DNA of 64,000 nucleotides from Candidatus Kapaibacterium sp. (GCA_963664875.1 OY761611.1:3392001-3456000); one strand, 5' to 3'. Positions 21,201 to 31,612 are shown, numbered from the stretch's first letter. Translations and numbers: made by a program. Notes: generated from the letters alone by a model not told the origin.

Positions 21201-23721
21201 AACTTGTTATGTCTCCATTTGGTCCTTCCAATGAATAAATAAGTTGACCTGATTGTGCATCCCAAATTATAGCTCTATGGTCACTGCCTGCAGTTGCAAG
21301 TCTATACCCGTCCGGACTCCAACGTATTTTGTTGATATTCGATTCATGTTTGTCTAATGCAAGAAGTAGTTGGCCAGAATCGGCATCCCAAATAGCCGCA
21401 GTTTTATCATAACTAGCCGTTGCGACCCTCGAGCCATCGGGACTCCAACTTATGTGACTGACAGCATATGAATGATATTTAAGTGATTGCAATAGTTTAC
21501 CAGAATTAGCATCCCAAATAGCCGCAGTATTGTCTCGACTTGCTGTAGCTAATTTTTGGCCATCTGGGCTCCACTTTGTATAGTAAATCAGCCCATCGTG
21601 TCCATTTAGTGTATATAAAAGATTTCCATTACTTGTATCCCAAATTTTGCTTGTACTGTCATTATCGGAAGCGGCTAACTTCGAACCATCCGGGCTCCAG
21701 CTGCAAGTAAAGCCATAACTATTTACACCCTCTTTCTGTCCTTGTAAAGTAAGGAGAAGATTCCCAGTATTTACTTCCCAAATTTTAGTAGAGCAGTTAC
21801 TACTCATTGTTGCCAATTTTAAGTCGTCCGGACTCCAGCTAAGATGAGCCAAAAAACCGTTTTGATCTTCCAATGATAAAATTAGAAGACCAGATTCTGC
21901 ATCCCAAATTTTACATGTTTTATCACTACTGCAAGTTGCAAATTTAGTCCCGCTGTTATTGAAACACACATAGTTGATATCAGCATAATGTCCGTTTAAA
22001 GTGAAGAGCAATTGACCTGAAGCAATATCCCACATTTTTGTAGATTCATTACTGTTTGTGACTATTTTGGTACCATCCGGACTCCAAGAAACATGGCGGA
22101 CTGAACTTAAATAACCACTAAGAACAAGCAAACGTTTTCCTGTAAAAGTATTCCAAATAGCAACAGTTCTGTCTGTACTGGCAGTTGCAATTTTGGTACC
22201 ATCCGGACTCCAGTTCATATCATTGATAGAGCCATCATGCCCAGCTAAAAGATGTTGGAGTCTCATAGTATCTTTTTGTGGTACATTATTATTTATTTTA
22301 CTTACTTTTACTCTACATTCGGAACTTTCAGGAGTTGGAATGTTTTGCCAGTTATATGATAATCCATTTGCATTCTTAGTTATCACGTTCCAAGATGCAC
22401 CGTCGTTATATGTATACGATAATTCAACTGTATCGGACGGTAAAATACCTTCCCAGGTGATTAGTGTATCACTTCCTGCCAAAAATATTTCACCTCCATT
22501 TGGATGGATTAGTCTCAAAGTTGGGGATGAATTTTTATAGTCTATATATCCGGCAGTTGAATAAAATCTAAAGTTACAGAAGTCAGTTTCAATATCGAAA
22601 GGTGCATAAGAAAAGTTACTATCAACCGGAGTAAAACTCAGAGTTAAATCTTTACTTTCTCCCTCTGCAAGTGTAAATGATTTTGGAGTTATACTAAAAA
22701 GAGGATTTTTGCAAATAAAATCTGTCACTGTGAAGTCTCCAAGTTCTGCTGTAACTGTTATTGTAGTATCTGCTTGTACTCCAATAGTTTTATTCTTAAA
22801 AAAGATAGCACTTGGAGAAATAGTAATTCTTCTAATCGATTTGTCTGGAGTATTATAGTAACAAATATCCTGAAGGTTTAGCGATTGTATATCTATAGTA
22901 ACTTTTATGTTTTGAGAAAAACACTGGTAATTACTCTCCCATTCTAAAGTACATGCATAATTTCCTTGTTCAATCTGCAAAATATTGTTATATACTTCTT
23001 TTGCTTCTTGAATGGTAGTTACATTTTCAAACCACTTGCCACCTGTCTGTTCCGATATGTTTTTTAATATGTCTGGACAATTGAATCCCAAAGTAACACA
23101 GTATATCGTTGCCCCTAAGCTTTGCGCCTTTGTTATTATTTTGTTCTCATTTCCAATAGCCATACCATCCGTAATAAGAACCAATATTTTTTTATATTTT
23201 GCTTTTTCTAAAGCGAGTAAACCACCAGCAAGAGGGTTAATAAAAGCAGCATCGAAATCTGTTCCTCCATCCGCACCTAAATTATCTAACTTATTTAAAA
23301 GTAGAACTTTGTCAGAAGTAAAATCTTGAAGGTACTGATTTTTTGTATTAAATGAAGTAACAGCGCATTCGGATTTACCTTCAGGAAGGGCTTTTATCCA
23401 AGCACTTGCTGCTTCTTTTGCTATTTCAATTTTATTTCCTTGCATAGAACCGCTTACATCTATGCTTAAAACACTTGAAATAGGTTTTATTTCAGAATGG
23501 TCTGGGCAGCTTACATTTATAACATTCCTTACTTCACCATTTTCTATAATCTGAAAATCTGATTTACTAAGATTGGTAATTTGATTCCAATTCTCATCTG
23601 TTGCATAAAACTTTGCTCGCATAATCGGGAAGTCTGTGGTGTCAACATCGAAAACAGAGAGAGATTGGCTACCTGCTTGGTATATCAAAATCAGGAATAA
23701 GAACAATATGATTTTTTGCAT
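18238..23721 (-). CDS. Secreted VWA + WD40-repeat + Ig-like (ASH) protein with T9SS C-terminal domain
   Basis: N-terminus near-identical to the 18104 paralogue (start reset to ATG 23721); DVSGSM; about 15 WSPDG..AT.S.D....IWD repeats; near-identical C-terminal tail. Confidence 0.85.
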   Translation of the reverse strand: MQKIILFLFLILIYQAGSQSLSVFDVDTTDFPIMRAKFYATDENWNQITNLSKSDFQIIENGEVRNVINVSCPDHSEIKPISSVLSIDVSGSMQGNKIEIAKEAASAWIKALPEGKSECAVTSFNTKNQYLQDFTSDKVLLLNKLDNLGADGGTDFDAAFINPLAGGLLALEKAKYKKILVLITDGMAIGNENKIITKAQSLGATIYCVTLGFNCPDILKNISEQTGGKWFENVTTIQEAKEVYNNILQIEQGNYACTLEWESNYQCFSQNIKVTIDIQSLNLQDICYYNTPDKSIRRITISPSAIFFKNKTIGVQADTTITVTAELGDFTVTDFICKNPLFSITPKSFTLAEGESKDLTLSFTPVDSNFSYAPFDIETDFCNFRFYSTAGYIDYKNSSPTLRLIHPNGGEIFLAGSDTLITWEGILPSDTVELSYTYNDGASWNVITKNANGLSYNWQNIPTPESSECRVKVSKINNNVPQKDTMRLQHLLAGHDGSINDMNWSPDGTKIATASTDRTVAIWNTFTGKRLLVLSGYLSSVRHVSWSPDGTKIVTNSNESTKMWDIASGQLLFTLNGHYADINYVCFNNSGTKFATCSSDKTCKIWDAESGLLILSLEDQNGFLAHLSWSPDDLKLATMSSNCSTKIWEVNTGNLLLTLQGQKEGVNSYGFTCSWSPDGSKLAASDNDSTSKIWDTSNGNLLYTLNGHDGLIYYTKWSPDGQKLATASRDNTAAIWDANSGKLLQSLKYHSYAVSHISWSPDGSRVATASYDKTAAIWDADSGQLLLALDKHESNINKIRWSPDGYRLATAGSDHRAIIWDAQSGQLIYSLEGPNGDITSWSPDGNMIATTGLNFRSLIWDANIGSIRTILEGHKGIISYISWSPGGSKVATASYDSTGRIWNAETGEQLKTLKHISSKVSQICWSPDGSRVATVSDDHTATIWDVSTGTLLHTLNVHKRDVNIVSWSPDGSRVATASDDKTAAIWDVNSGSLLYLLTKHTDVVNHLAWSHDGSKIATASSDKTAVIWDANTGINLLELKSHLGSVNHLGWSPDDSKVATASSDKYVILWDANLGTILNILNDLDFPINYLSWNPDGNMIATSSFTGPITIFNTATGKVLYSIENNEGYIYSVEWSPDGSRIAYGNSKSKARIWLLDDGGTFDQFDTSDSLFSIVIPKIESQDIDMGKVVINTRKDSVVNKFIANNGKWQCRIDSIYFTGSDDQYFALNGPLPKYTVLQDEDQWAEFKFAPTEVREYKARIVIVSQADTIFQNIRGEGVEPKVLVVNEDIDFGRVYIGDTRDTLDAVTITNVGNFPVNISKTEHAFPNATDFTTIKGAGPFTLNPGDTCRMDLAYTANSIGRTSGLLLFYHDASGSPHQVALHAEGYARNTVDIEDIVFADQPVGTANDSTVSEYFHNSGLYENKVENVFLAKGDFDQFEIKNLSVPFYLSKDEQLDLDITFKPTSTGNKQTNLYMVCQSDTIIRNVIGRSTSEGMEIITDNIDYGTIELGQRVDSTNIPILVNTGTEDLILSQVTIQGTDVIDFETGMGFVSTTLAEGDTLFVDLDFYPQTVGTKDSYIEILHHLSANPAIVNVFGEAIEAQTPTISISIPDLEARAGETINLPIILVDTLNLHKLVSDGMAAKIEFNSYVMLPTNELAEIHLNQGHITFNEFDVNKNIGDTLAMMPFSIMLGDKEVSPILFSEITAKDKMLLINTKPGSLKLIDLCEEGGKRFFNPDGIVGISNLSPNPAENRIQIDFSVIEAGYTEITLVNMLGKTVATFFAEDISDFQDRQIIQDISEIGSGQYILQFKTPTYVERRKVMVVR

Positions 23722-23827
23722 AATTATACTATATACGGTGATAAAAACATCACAATATACAGATTTGATTTGTAATAATATGAGGATTAATTGAAAAAAT
23801 GCAAAAATATATGTTCTATTATCATAC

Positions 23828-23860
23828 AAAAAAGCAGGATAAACTAACATTTTATCCTGC
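23828..23860 (-). terminator. Rho-independent terminator after the transporter gene
   Basis: gcaggataaa-ctaacat-tttatcctgc with an A6 run on its left on the plus strand. Confidence 0.65.
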
Positions 23861-23891
23861 CAAAACTTAATATTGCGATATTTCTTGTAGT

Positions 23892-25550
23892 TTAGAGTAA
23901 GATTAGGACAAGTATTTGCGCCATCAGTACTCTTAGGAACATTACCAGCGGATATACAGTAGCGTAAGCTGTAGATTGTGCCTGGATTGGAGCCAGCGAA
24001 TTTGCAAACTCTAAGGCAGGTGGGTCGGTCATGGAACCTGCTAATAGCCCACTGATTGTTAAATAATTCATTTTGCGCATTCTTGCTATTGTGCCTACAA
24101 TAATGAGGGGTATAAATGTGATAGCTGCACCATAGATCATCCACATATAACCACCGTTGACAAGAGTATCGACGAAATACTTACCTGATGATAATCCGAC
24201 GCAAGCCAAAAACAAAATTATTCCCAATTCTCTAATAAACAAATTCGAGCTTGGAGTCATGTAAAAATCCAATTTCCCGATTTTTCCTTTGTGTCCGAGC
24301 AGCAAAGCAACAAGCAAAGGGCCGCCTGCCAATCCTAACTTTGCCGGAGCAGGGAGTCCGGGGAGGGCTATAGGAATCGAGCCTATGACTATACCAAGGA
24401 ATATACCAATTAGTATAGGGATAATGTTCGGATGAGATAAATCCCTCATAGAATTACCCAACTCGTTGGCTACATCGGTAAGAGCCTCTCTCTGACCGAC
24501 AATTCGAACTGTATCGCCAAATTCTACTGTATCTTCACGAGAGGCGAGATGTTCTATACCTGATCTGAAAATTCTTGTGATATTCACCGGATATCTTTTG
24601 TAAATGCCGATTTCTTCGATAGTTTTACCGGCAATTTTTTTGTTGGTAACCAGTACATGTTTCATGCCCATTGGGCCGGTCATTTCTATTTTATCACGTT
24701 TTGTAACGCTTCCTACCTGTAGTTCCAGATTCGTAGTGTGATCCAAATCGCAGGCACCATAAAGCTCATCGCCATCTTTTATCATCAGATCATCTGTAGG
24801 AGCAATAAATTCATCTCCACGTTTGATTCTCGAAACGGCAAGCTCTTTATCAACTATATTATTTATAAAAGCTAAGGGTTTATTGAATAAGTTCTGATTT
24901 GTTACACGTACGATAACAGCCTGAATTTTCCCGGCAGACTGCATTACTTCGTCTCGATATTTTTGCATTTCATCATCGACGGAGATGCGAAAGATCAGTC
25001 TGATAAGCACAATTGTAATTATTATACCAAAAATGCCAAACGGATAAGCTACAGCGTAACCCATACCTATCATCCCGGCATCAGTGCTCATTGGCATTTG
25101 TTCGGCAATCACCTGCTGAGCAGCACCAAGACTGGGTGTGTTGGTAACAGCACCGCACATGACACCAACTATCACGGGGATAGGCACTCCGAATGCAAAG
25201 TGGATAATAAAAGCAATAGCTACGCCAAGAAGTACGATAGAAGCTGCAAGGGTATTGGCAAGTACTCCATTATTCCTTAGAGAACTTAGGAAACGGGGAC
25301 CAACTTCGAGACCGATTGAATAAACAAATAAAATCAATCCGAACTCTTTCACAAAATGAAGAAGATGAGGATCAATCTCTGCTCCAAGATGACCAACTAA
25401 CAAACCGGAAAAAAGCACTCCGGCGATGCCAAGTTTGATATTAAAAATTTTGATTTTGCCCAAAAGCACACCGAATATTCCGGCAAAACTTAGGTACAAT
25501 AGGGCAGAGGCTGTACCGGTCTTGGTAAATAAATCTAAAATCTCAGACAT
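23892..25550 (-). CDS. YidE/YbjL (AspT/AAEx) family transporter with two TrkA-C domains; CbtD-like putative cobalt transporter
   Basis: GLILFVYSIGLEVGP, GAVTNTPSLGAA, GYAVAYPFG, GSMTDPPAL, YATVYP; downstream of a B12 riboswitch. Confidence 0.85.
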   Translation of the reverse strand: MSEILDLFTKTGTASALLYLSFAGIFGVLLGKIKIFNIKLGIAGVLFSGLLVGHLGAEIDPHLLHFVKEFGLILFVYSIGLEVGPRFLSSLRNNGVLANTLAASIVLLGVAIAFIIHFAFGVPIPVIVGVMCGAVTNTPSLGAAQQVIAEQMPMSTDAGMIGMGYAVAYPFGIFGIIITIVLIRLIFRISVDDEMQKYRDEVMQSAGKIQAVIVRVTNQNLFNKPLAFINNIVDKELAVSRIKRGDEFIAPTDDLMIKDGDELYGACDLDHTTNLELQVGSVTKRDKIEMTGPMGMKHVLVTNKKIAGKTIEEIGIYKRYPVNITRIFRSGIEHLASREDTVEFGDTVRIVGQREALTDVANELGNSMRDLSHPNIIPILIGIFLGIVIGSIPIALPGLPAPAKLGLAGGPLLVALLLGHKGKIGKLDFYMTPSSNLFIRELGIILFLACVGLSSGKYFVDTLVNGGYMWMIYGAAITFIPLIIVGTIARMRKMNYLTISGLLAGSMTDPPALEFANSLAPIQAQSTAYATVYPLVMFLRVLMAQILVLILL

Positions 25551-25750
25551 TTGATTTGAAAGTGTATTAGTGTATAATTAGTGATTATATGCTACTGTTT
25601 TCGATGTAACCTGTCACTTATATTCTTTAAGTATATACAATAAATAGAATTAGGGAAGTATAAAGAAAGAAAAACAAAACAATACATAAGTATATTGAAT
25701 TCATAATTAGATCCTTGGAACGCGAAAGCCTAATTCAAATTATTAAATAT

Positions 25751-25916
25751 AAAAGAGACAGGTCTCCCGGCTTTTCCTCTGCTTTTGCCGCCTTCCCATT
25801 TCAATGCTTGAAACAGTGACATAATGGCAAACAGTTTGTATATGGAATTTACGGTTGCGCGTCAGCCCGTGATTTACACACGGTTCCCTATTAAATTCAC
25901 AGGAATATCTCTTTTT
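25751..25916 (-). promoter_or_regulatory. Cobalamin (B12) riboswitch
   Basis: Minus strand reads AATAGGGAAccgtgTGTAAATcacgggCTGacgCGCAACCGTAA...GTCACTG...GGGAAGG...AAGCCGGGAGACCTG (B12 box); P1 AAAAGAGAU/GUCUCUUUU. Confidence 0.9.
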
Positions 25917-26236
25917 AGAATACTGCACTTTGGTGCGAACTCAAATATAGTACATCGTACCAAATATTAAAAAATATAATAATTAATTATCGAACTTCTG
26001 CCAATTACAGATTTTGCAGAGGAATTATCTCTGATTTTAACCGAATATTGATTTGTGTTTTACTGACATATAAGCTCCCTCTAAGAAAGTACAATCAAAA
26101 ATTTGTAGCTTAAAATCGCAATGTCTCTGAGCAGAATATCTCCTAATCGTACGCTGTTAAAGAAATTATGTATTTATTTGAAGTAATTTGCGTAATATTG
26201 CAGTAATTTTTTTGTATTACCTTTGGGCTTCCCGAT

Positions 26237-27367
26237 TTGAAGGCATTTTTGTTTGTAGCTGTTTTGTTTTTAGTTTTATCTTGTGGCGAGACTGAAAGTC
26301 CCGAGCAGTTGAGACAAAAAGCACACACAGCTGATAGTTTGAAGGCAATTCGTAGTGATTCAATCGCAAGATTTGAATTCATAAATAAACTGGAAAACCG
26401 TTTTGATACTGTTAGGTATCTTACTACTGTAATCCAAGACAAAGAACATCTTCAAAAAATCAAATCAGACTGGCAGTGGCTCAAAGAAGATCCATTACCC
26501 AATAAGATTTTTATCACTCTCAACCGAAAAGAGATGCACTTTCTGAGAGTGGGAGATACTATTGTAGTGCCTGATACAGTAATAAATGACATTAGGGCAT
26601 ATTCAGTATTTCCGCAAGTATATTATGCTGCAAAAGATATTCCGAAAATAATAATGGTTTCTAATAAATACCAAGCTTATGCCTGCTACGAAAATGGAGA
26701 GCTTGTCAGATTTGCAGCCTGCAACACAGGAAAAGAAAGGACTCCTACCTTCCCCGGGCGATACGCTTTGACATGGAAGGAAAGGGAAAGGCGTTCATCT
26801 TTAGATAGCAACTGGGTAATGCCTTATACTTGGAATTTTCATCCTTATGCGGGAAATGCTTTTCATCAGTTCGCTATGCCGGGCAGACCGGTTTCGCATT
26901 CGTGTGTAAGGCAATTTTTGAGTGATGCAAAATGGCTTTACACTTGGGGTGAACCACAAAAAAGAGATACAGCACGCAAGCCGATTCCATTTTCCGGTAC
27001 TCCAGTTATTATAATAGATATTTTTGATTATTCGAGAAAGAGGTTTGGTCCTTGGCTGGACTTAGAAAGCAATTTTGAACTCATAGATTCCTTACCACAC
27101 AACCCTATGGAAGTAGAGGAAGCTCTGATACCTTTCTGCCAAATACCTCACAGTAGCCGCTGGCACTACGCAGGGAAAAAGAAGTTTGTATATGCAGAAG
27201 ATACTCTAAGAGCAAGAGGAATCATAAGAGAAGGAGTAAAACTCATAGAATCGGTTAATTTCAACGAAAAACGAAGAAAAGAAAAAGCTCGCAAAGAGAA
27301 ACTCAAAAAATTGGAAGAAGAAAAGAAAAAGGCTGAATCGAATCATCAAGATACAATACAATCATAA
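26237..27367 (+). CDS. L,D-transpeptidase (YkuD) lipoprotein
   Basis: Lipobox VLSC; TG...TPT.PG; H...SHSCVR catalytic motif. Confidence 0.85.
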   Translation: MKAFLFVAVLFLVLSCGETESPEQLRQKAHTADSLKAIRSDSIARFEFINKLENRFDTVRYLTTVIQDKEHLQKIKSDWQWLKEDPLPNKIFITLNRKEMHFLRVGDTIVVPDTVINDIRAYSVFPQVYYAAKDIPKIIMVSNKYQAYACYENGELVRFAACNTGKERTPTFPGRYALTWKERERRSSLDSNWVMPYTWNFHPYAGNAFHQFAMPGRPVSHSCVRQFLSDAKWLYTWGEPQKRDTARKPIPFSGTPVIIIDIFDYSRKRFGPWLDLESNFELIDSLPHNPMEVEEALIPFCQIPHSSRWHYAGKKKFVYAEDTLRARGIIREGVKLIESVNFNEKRRKEKARKEKLKKLEEEKKKAESNHQDTIQS

Positions 27368-27375
27368 GGAAAAAA

Positions 27376-28263
27376 ATGAAAGCATGGAAAGCTGAGCTGC
27401 TTCTTGTTGTAATGACGCTAATATGGGGAGCTACATTTACTTTCACAAAACAAGGTTTGGACGACACAACGCCATTCTTGTATATAATACTAAGATTTAC
27501 ATTAGCCTTGCTGTTATCCGGCATAGCTTTTAGAAAATACATAGGCTTGATAGATGCCAAAATGGCTAAACAAGGGATCATTCTTGGTCTTTTTTTTGGT
27601 GGGGGCTTTCTTCTCCAGACTTTAGGTCTTAGTCTGACAGAGGCTTCAAAGTCGGGCTTCATAACGGGTATAACTGTAGTCATTACTCCATTTGTGTTTT
27701 CACTTATCGAGAAGAAAAGTGTACGTTTTTGGAGTAAGGTAGGAGTAGTGATAGCTGCACCCGGACTTTGGCTATTCAGTGATCCTGACATCAATAATAT
27801 AAATTTTGGGGATGTCCTTACTCTCATTTCTACTTTCTTTTGGGCATTTTATATAGTATATATGGACATATTTACAAAAGACAGAAACAGGAAAGGAGAA
27901 AGCGGTGCGATGGTAATTTTGCAGTATGTAGGTGCGTTACCACTGACTATCGTTGCATTTTTAATTTTTGAGCTGCCCTCAGGAGTGCATTTGAATCCTA
28001 CATTAAATTTACTTACCTCAGTTCTTTTTAATGGAATTATGGCGTCCTTTATCGTTACAATCATCCACACCAGCGTACAAAAATACTCGTCACCTGTAAA
28101 AGCTGCCCTTATATTCGCATTAGAGCCTGTATTTGCAGCCATCTTTGCATTTGCAATATTGGGAGAGATAATGACAGGAAGAGAGTATTTCGGTGCAGTA
28201 ATACTATTAGGTGGCGTGATTATCTCTGAAGTTGGAGGCTTTTTTTCAGATAAATCGAAATAA
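27376..28263 (+). CDS. DMT/EamA family transporter
   Basis: IWGATF, RF..A, LEPVFAA...GE; about 10 TM helices. Confidence 0.9.
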   Translation: MKAWKAELLLVVMTLIWGATFTFTKQGLDDTTPFLYIILRFTLALLLSGIAFRKYIGLIDAKMAKQGIILGLFFGGGFLLQTLGLSLTEASKSGFITGITVVITPFVFSLIEKKSVRFWSKVGVVIAAPGLWLFSDPDINNINFGDVLTLISTFFWAFYIVYMDIFTKDRNRKGESGAMVILQYVGALPLTIVAFLIFELPSGVHLNPTLNLLTSVLFNGIMASFIVTIIHTSVQKYSSPVKAALIFALEPVFAAIFAFAILGEIMTGREYFGAVILLGGVIISEVGGFFSDKSK

Positions 28264-28280
28264 TACTCTATTCCTGATTT

Positions 28281-28613
28281 GTCATTAGAAACCTAACTTA
28301 CTTGTTACTATACTTATTGTCTATTAAGAATACAATTTGTAGTTGTATATAATACTTACGTGTTGCGTTATTGAAGAGGCTGTCTCAGAAGTCTGAGTTT
28401 TGTCATACTCTGTTGTAAAAGTAGAGGAAAAACAAATGTTATATTTTCTTCTACCGCAAGCTAAAGCATGCGGTTGCAATGAGTTACGCAAGTGCAACCG
28501 ACTGCTTTAGCTGTCGGTAAAACTTACAAACAGCGAGAATATGATGCAAATTTTGACTTATGAGACTGCCTCCCAATACACAAGATAAAAACTTAATTAG
28601 GTTATGAAATGAC
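28281..28613. mobile_element. Nested MITE-like composite element, copy B
   Basis: Outer IR gtcattagaaaccta...taggttatgaaatgac; inner IR gaggctgtctcagaagtc...gacttatgagactgcctc; cargo is two inverted GCTAAAGC hairpins (28452-28519). Confidence 0.65.
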
Positions 28614-28772
28614 ATTTTTGAATCTATTCGACAATTTTGTGATACCTAATCGACAGTATTGTATAGATTTTACAATTCTTATTTTCTCTTCGCAATTCAC
28701 AAACTCGCTCTGAATGGGAGTCTCGAGAGTTTGTTTTTATTGGCATAAATTTTGAATTTTCTTAAATAGGAG

Positions 28773-29060
28773 ATGTTTATGCTAAAATATTTTTATACTG
28801 CTCTTTTGCTTATATTCTGTTTGATTTGCACCTCAGACGCTTATCAAAACAGAAATCAAAACAAAACAAAAGCGAATAAGCAGAGCGATACTACCAAGCT
28901 AGTAAGCTCTGCTGATACATTGAAGTGTTGCAAAGATACAACACAGAGATGCGATACATTCATAGACAAAGACGGCGATGGTATAAATGATAACCGATGC
29001 CGAGGCTTTGGAGTTTGCAAACACAAGAATCAACACAAAGAAAAAAAACGCTCAAAATAG
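28773..29060 (+). CDS. Small secreted protein with a DxDxDG Ca-binding-like loop
   Basis: Signal peptide; FIDKDGDGINDN; several Cys; basic tail. Confidence 0.6.
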   Translation: MFMLKYFYTALLLIFCLICTSDAYQNRNQNKTKANKQSDTTKLVSSADTLKCCKDTTQRCDTFIDKDGDGINDNRCRGFGVCKHKNQHKEKKRSK

Positions 29061-29121
29061 TTTCACATAATGCAATAGATTAATCCTTATTCGTTTTTTA
29101 CTAAAATGCAAGGATTGATTT

Positions 29122-31605
29122 ATGGCATTCTTAGATCGCTTCAAACTACGCACCAAGCTTTTTATCAGCTTTTCTTTTGCTATACTCATAACTTTTGGTA
29201 TCGGTACTGTGCTTCTTTTTTCGGTATTTTATTATTCTGTAAAAGATAGCTCTGAAGAAAATCTGGACAATACGACAAAGCTAATCTCTGATATGCTGCA
29301 AATGACAGAAAGCTCCTCATTGGAAAATTACCTACAGGCAGCCGTAGAAACAAACTTCCAGAAAATAAAAGAATTGCACAGGCAGACCAAAGAGTCTAAT
29401 CTATCACTTGCAGAAGCTCAAAGACTTGCAAAAGAATACTTATTACCCCAAAAAGTTGGCGAAAAAGGCTACTTTTTTATAATGGATAGTTCAAGCCTGA
29501 TTATCTCTCATCCCAATCCGCATTTTTTAGACTTGAGAGTCAATGAAATTGAATCTATCGTCAAATCAAAAAGAGAATATGGAAATTATGTGGAATATCA
29601 ACTTGAAAGCAATGGAATTCCTCAGAAAAAAGCCATGTATCTTGTCTTTTTCAAAGAATGGAATTGGTACATAGCTGCCACTGCAGAACGCACAGAAAGC
29701 AGAAGACTTATCAATCTCAAACATATTCAGAATCAGCTTAAAGAGATATCTCTTGGAAAAGAAGGATATGTATTTATCTTAGATACATTAGGTGGAGTGA
29801 TTTTTCATCCGTTTTTTGATAATCTGAATAATAGGTTTATCGATGAAATAGATAAAAAACTGATCGAGACTATAGTAAAGGAAAAGGACGGTACTTTGAC
29901 TTATAAGTGGAATAATCCCGGAGATGATAAAGAGAGAAGTAAAATAGTCAAGTTTGTGCATTTAGATAATTTAAACTGGATTATTGCAGCATCAATGTAC
30001 TATGATGATATATATGCTCCTTTGGACAAGGTTTTGAATATCATACTTATTACTCTAATTATTGGAATTGTTATACTGCTGTTTATATCGTCAAAGTATA
30101 GCTCGTACATTTTAGATCCTATACGAATGTTGAACAGTAAGTTCAAGTTAGCGGCTCAAAACGATTTGTCAGTGAGGATGGAATATGCCAGAGATGATGA
30201 ATTGGGCGAGCTGAGCGACCATTTTAATATTTTTATGGAGCAACTCAATCATTATTATTCTAATTTGACAAAGCAAATCAAAGAAAGAATGGAAGTTGAA
30301 GAAACTCTAAAAGAATATCAGGAAGATTTGGAACAAAAAGTATTGATGCGAACCAAAGAGCTTGTCAATTTGAATGAAAAAATGAAGATGGAAATCGAAT
30401 TCAGAAAAGAAATAACAGAGAATCTAAAGGAATCTGAAGAGCAATACAAGGCTCTTTTCGAAAATACAGAAAATATTATATTTTTAATTCATAAAGGTAA
30501 AATAGAATTAGCCAATAGTTCCTTTGTCGAAAAACTTGTACCAAATGATTGCGAAGATATTAGGCAGATCAATTTTTTAGAGTTGTTTGAGTCGGCAACA
30601 AGAGAAAAATTTTCCGAAGCATTTTCGGTGATGCATGAGTCTCATACCAAATCTCATTCATTCGAATTTAGAAATAAAGATAATACAGGTCTGGAAAAAC
30701 ACTTCGAGGCTCATATCAGTTCTATTCACTACAAGGCGTCGCTTGCTTTTCAGGTGATTATTTCCGATATAACCGGCAAAAAGTTTATGGAGGGAAGAGT
30801 GATGCAGGCACAAAAGATGGAATCGATTGGCCAGCTTGCTGCAGGGATTGCTCACGAAATAAACACTCCGATGCAGTTTATCGGTGATAACAATACTTTT
30901 TTAATATCTGTTTTCGACGACATATTCGAATATATCGAAACACTGAAAAAAATGATACGGGAGACTAACCCTCACCAAAACGACGAAATCGAAACATTAG
31001 AAGAAGAATACGATATTCCTTTCCTCAAACAGGAAACACCAGAAGCTCTATTTAGAACTCAAAGTGGAGTGAAAAGAATAAGCAAAATTATTAGTGCAAT
31101 GAAAAACTTTGCACATCCTTCGGGAAAAGAAAAGAAACTCGCAGATATAAACCAAGGCATTGATGTTACTCTGACCATATCTAAAAATGAGTGGAAGTAT
31201 TTTGCTGATGTTGAAACAGATTTTGATCCTAATCTACCGCTGATTGCGTGTTCCTTAGATGAAATCAATCAGGTTTTCCTTAATATGGTAGTAAATGCTG
31301 CACACGCAATCGAAGAAAAACAGAAATCCACAGATGATAAATCAAAAGGACTTATTAAAATATCTACTTATTTAGAAGATAATTTTGTAAAAATTGCTAT
31401 ATCGGATACCGGAGTGGGCATATCCGAAGAGACTATGTTCAAACTGTTCGATCCGTTTTTTACAACAAAAGAGGTTGGTAAGGGAACCGGACAGGGGCTA
31501 TCTATAGCTTATGATATTATTGTAAATAAGCATTTTGGTAATATTGATGTAAAATCAAAACCGGGAGAGGGGGCAACTTTTATTATTACACTTCCAATGA
31601 AGTAA
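29122..31605 (+). CDS. Membrane sensor histidine kinase (Cache-Cache-HAMP-PAS-HisKA-HATPase)
   Basis: GQLAAGIAHEINTP H-box, INQVFLNMVVNA, DTGVG, FDPFFTTKEVGKGTGQGL. Confidence 0.9.
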   Translation: MAFLDRFKLRTKLFISFSFAILITFGIGTVLLFSVFYYSVKDSSEENLDNTTKLISDMLQMTESSSLENYLQAAVETNFQKIKELHRQTKESNLSLAEAQRLAKEYLLPQKVGEKGYFFIMDSSSLIISHPNPHFLDLRVNEIESIVKSKREYGNYVEYQLESNGIPQKKAMYLVFFKEWNWYIAATAERTESRRLINLKHIQNQLKEISLGKEGYVFILDTLGGVIFHPFFDNLNNRFIDEIDKKLIETIVKEKDGTLTYKWNNPGDDKERSKIVKFVHLDNLNWIIAASMYYDDIYAPLDKVLNIILITLIIGIVILLFISSKYSSYILDPIRMLNSKFKLAAQNDLSVRMEYARDDELGELSDHFNIFMEQLNHYYSNLTKQIKERMEVEETLKEYQEDLEQKVLMRTKELVNLNEKMKMEIEFRKEITENLKESEEQYKALFENTENIIFLIHKGKIELANSSFVEKLVPNDCEDIRQINFLELFESATREKFSEAFSVMHESHTKSHSFEFRNKDNTGLEKHFEAHISSIHYKASLAFQVIISDITGKKFMEGRVMQAQKMESIGQLAAGIAHEINTPMQFIGDNNTFLISVFDDIFEYIETLKKMIRETNPHQNDEIETLEEEYDIPFLKQETPEALFRTQSGVKRISKIISAMKNFAHPSGKEKKLADINQGIDVTLTISKNEWKYFADVETDFDPNLPLIACSLDEINQVFLNMVVNAAHAIEEKQKSTDDKSKGLIKISTYLEDNFVKIAISDTGVGISEETMFKLFDPFFTTKEVGKGTGQGLSIAYDIIVNKHFGNIDVKSKPGEGATFIITLPMK

Positions 31606-31612
31606 ATCGAAA

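Noticed and set aside
23722-24144. 141-aa N-terminal extension of the 1968-aa ORF
   Set aside because: It overlaps the transporter gene and a terminator; the paralogue and signal peptide place the start at 23721
25743-25928. 61-aa ORF
   Set aside because: It coincides with the cobalamin riboswitch
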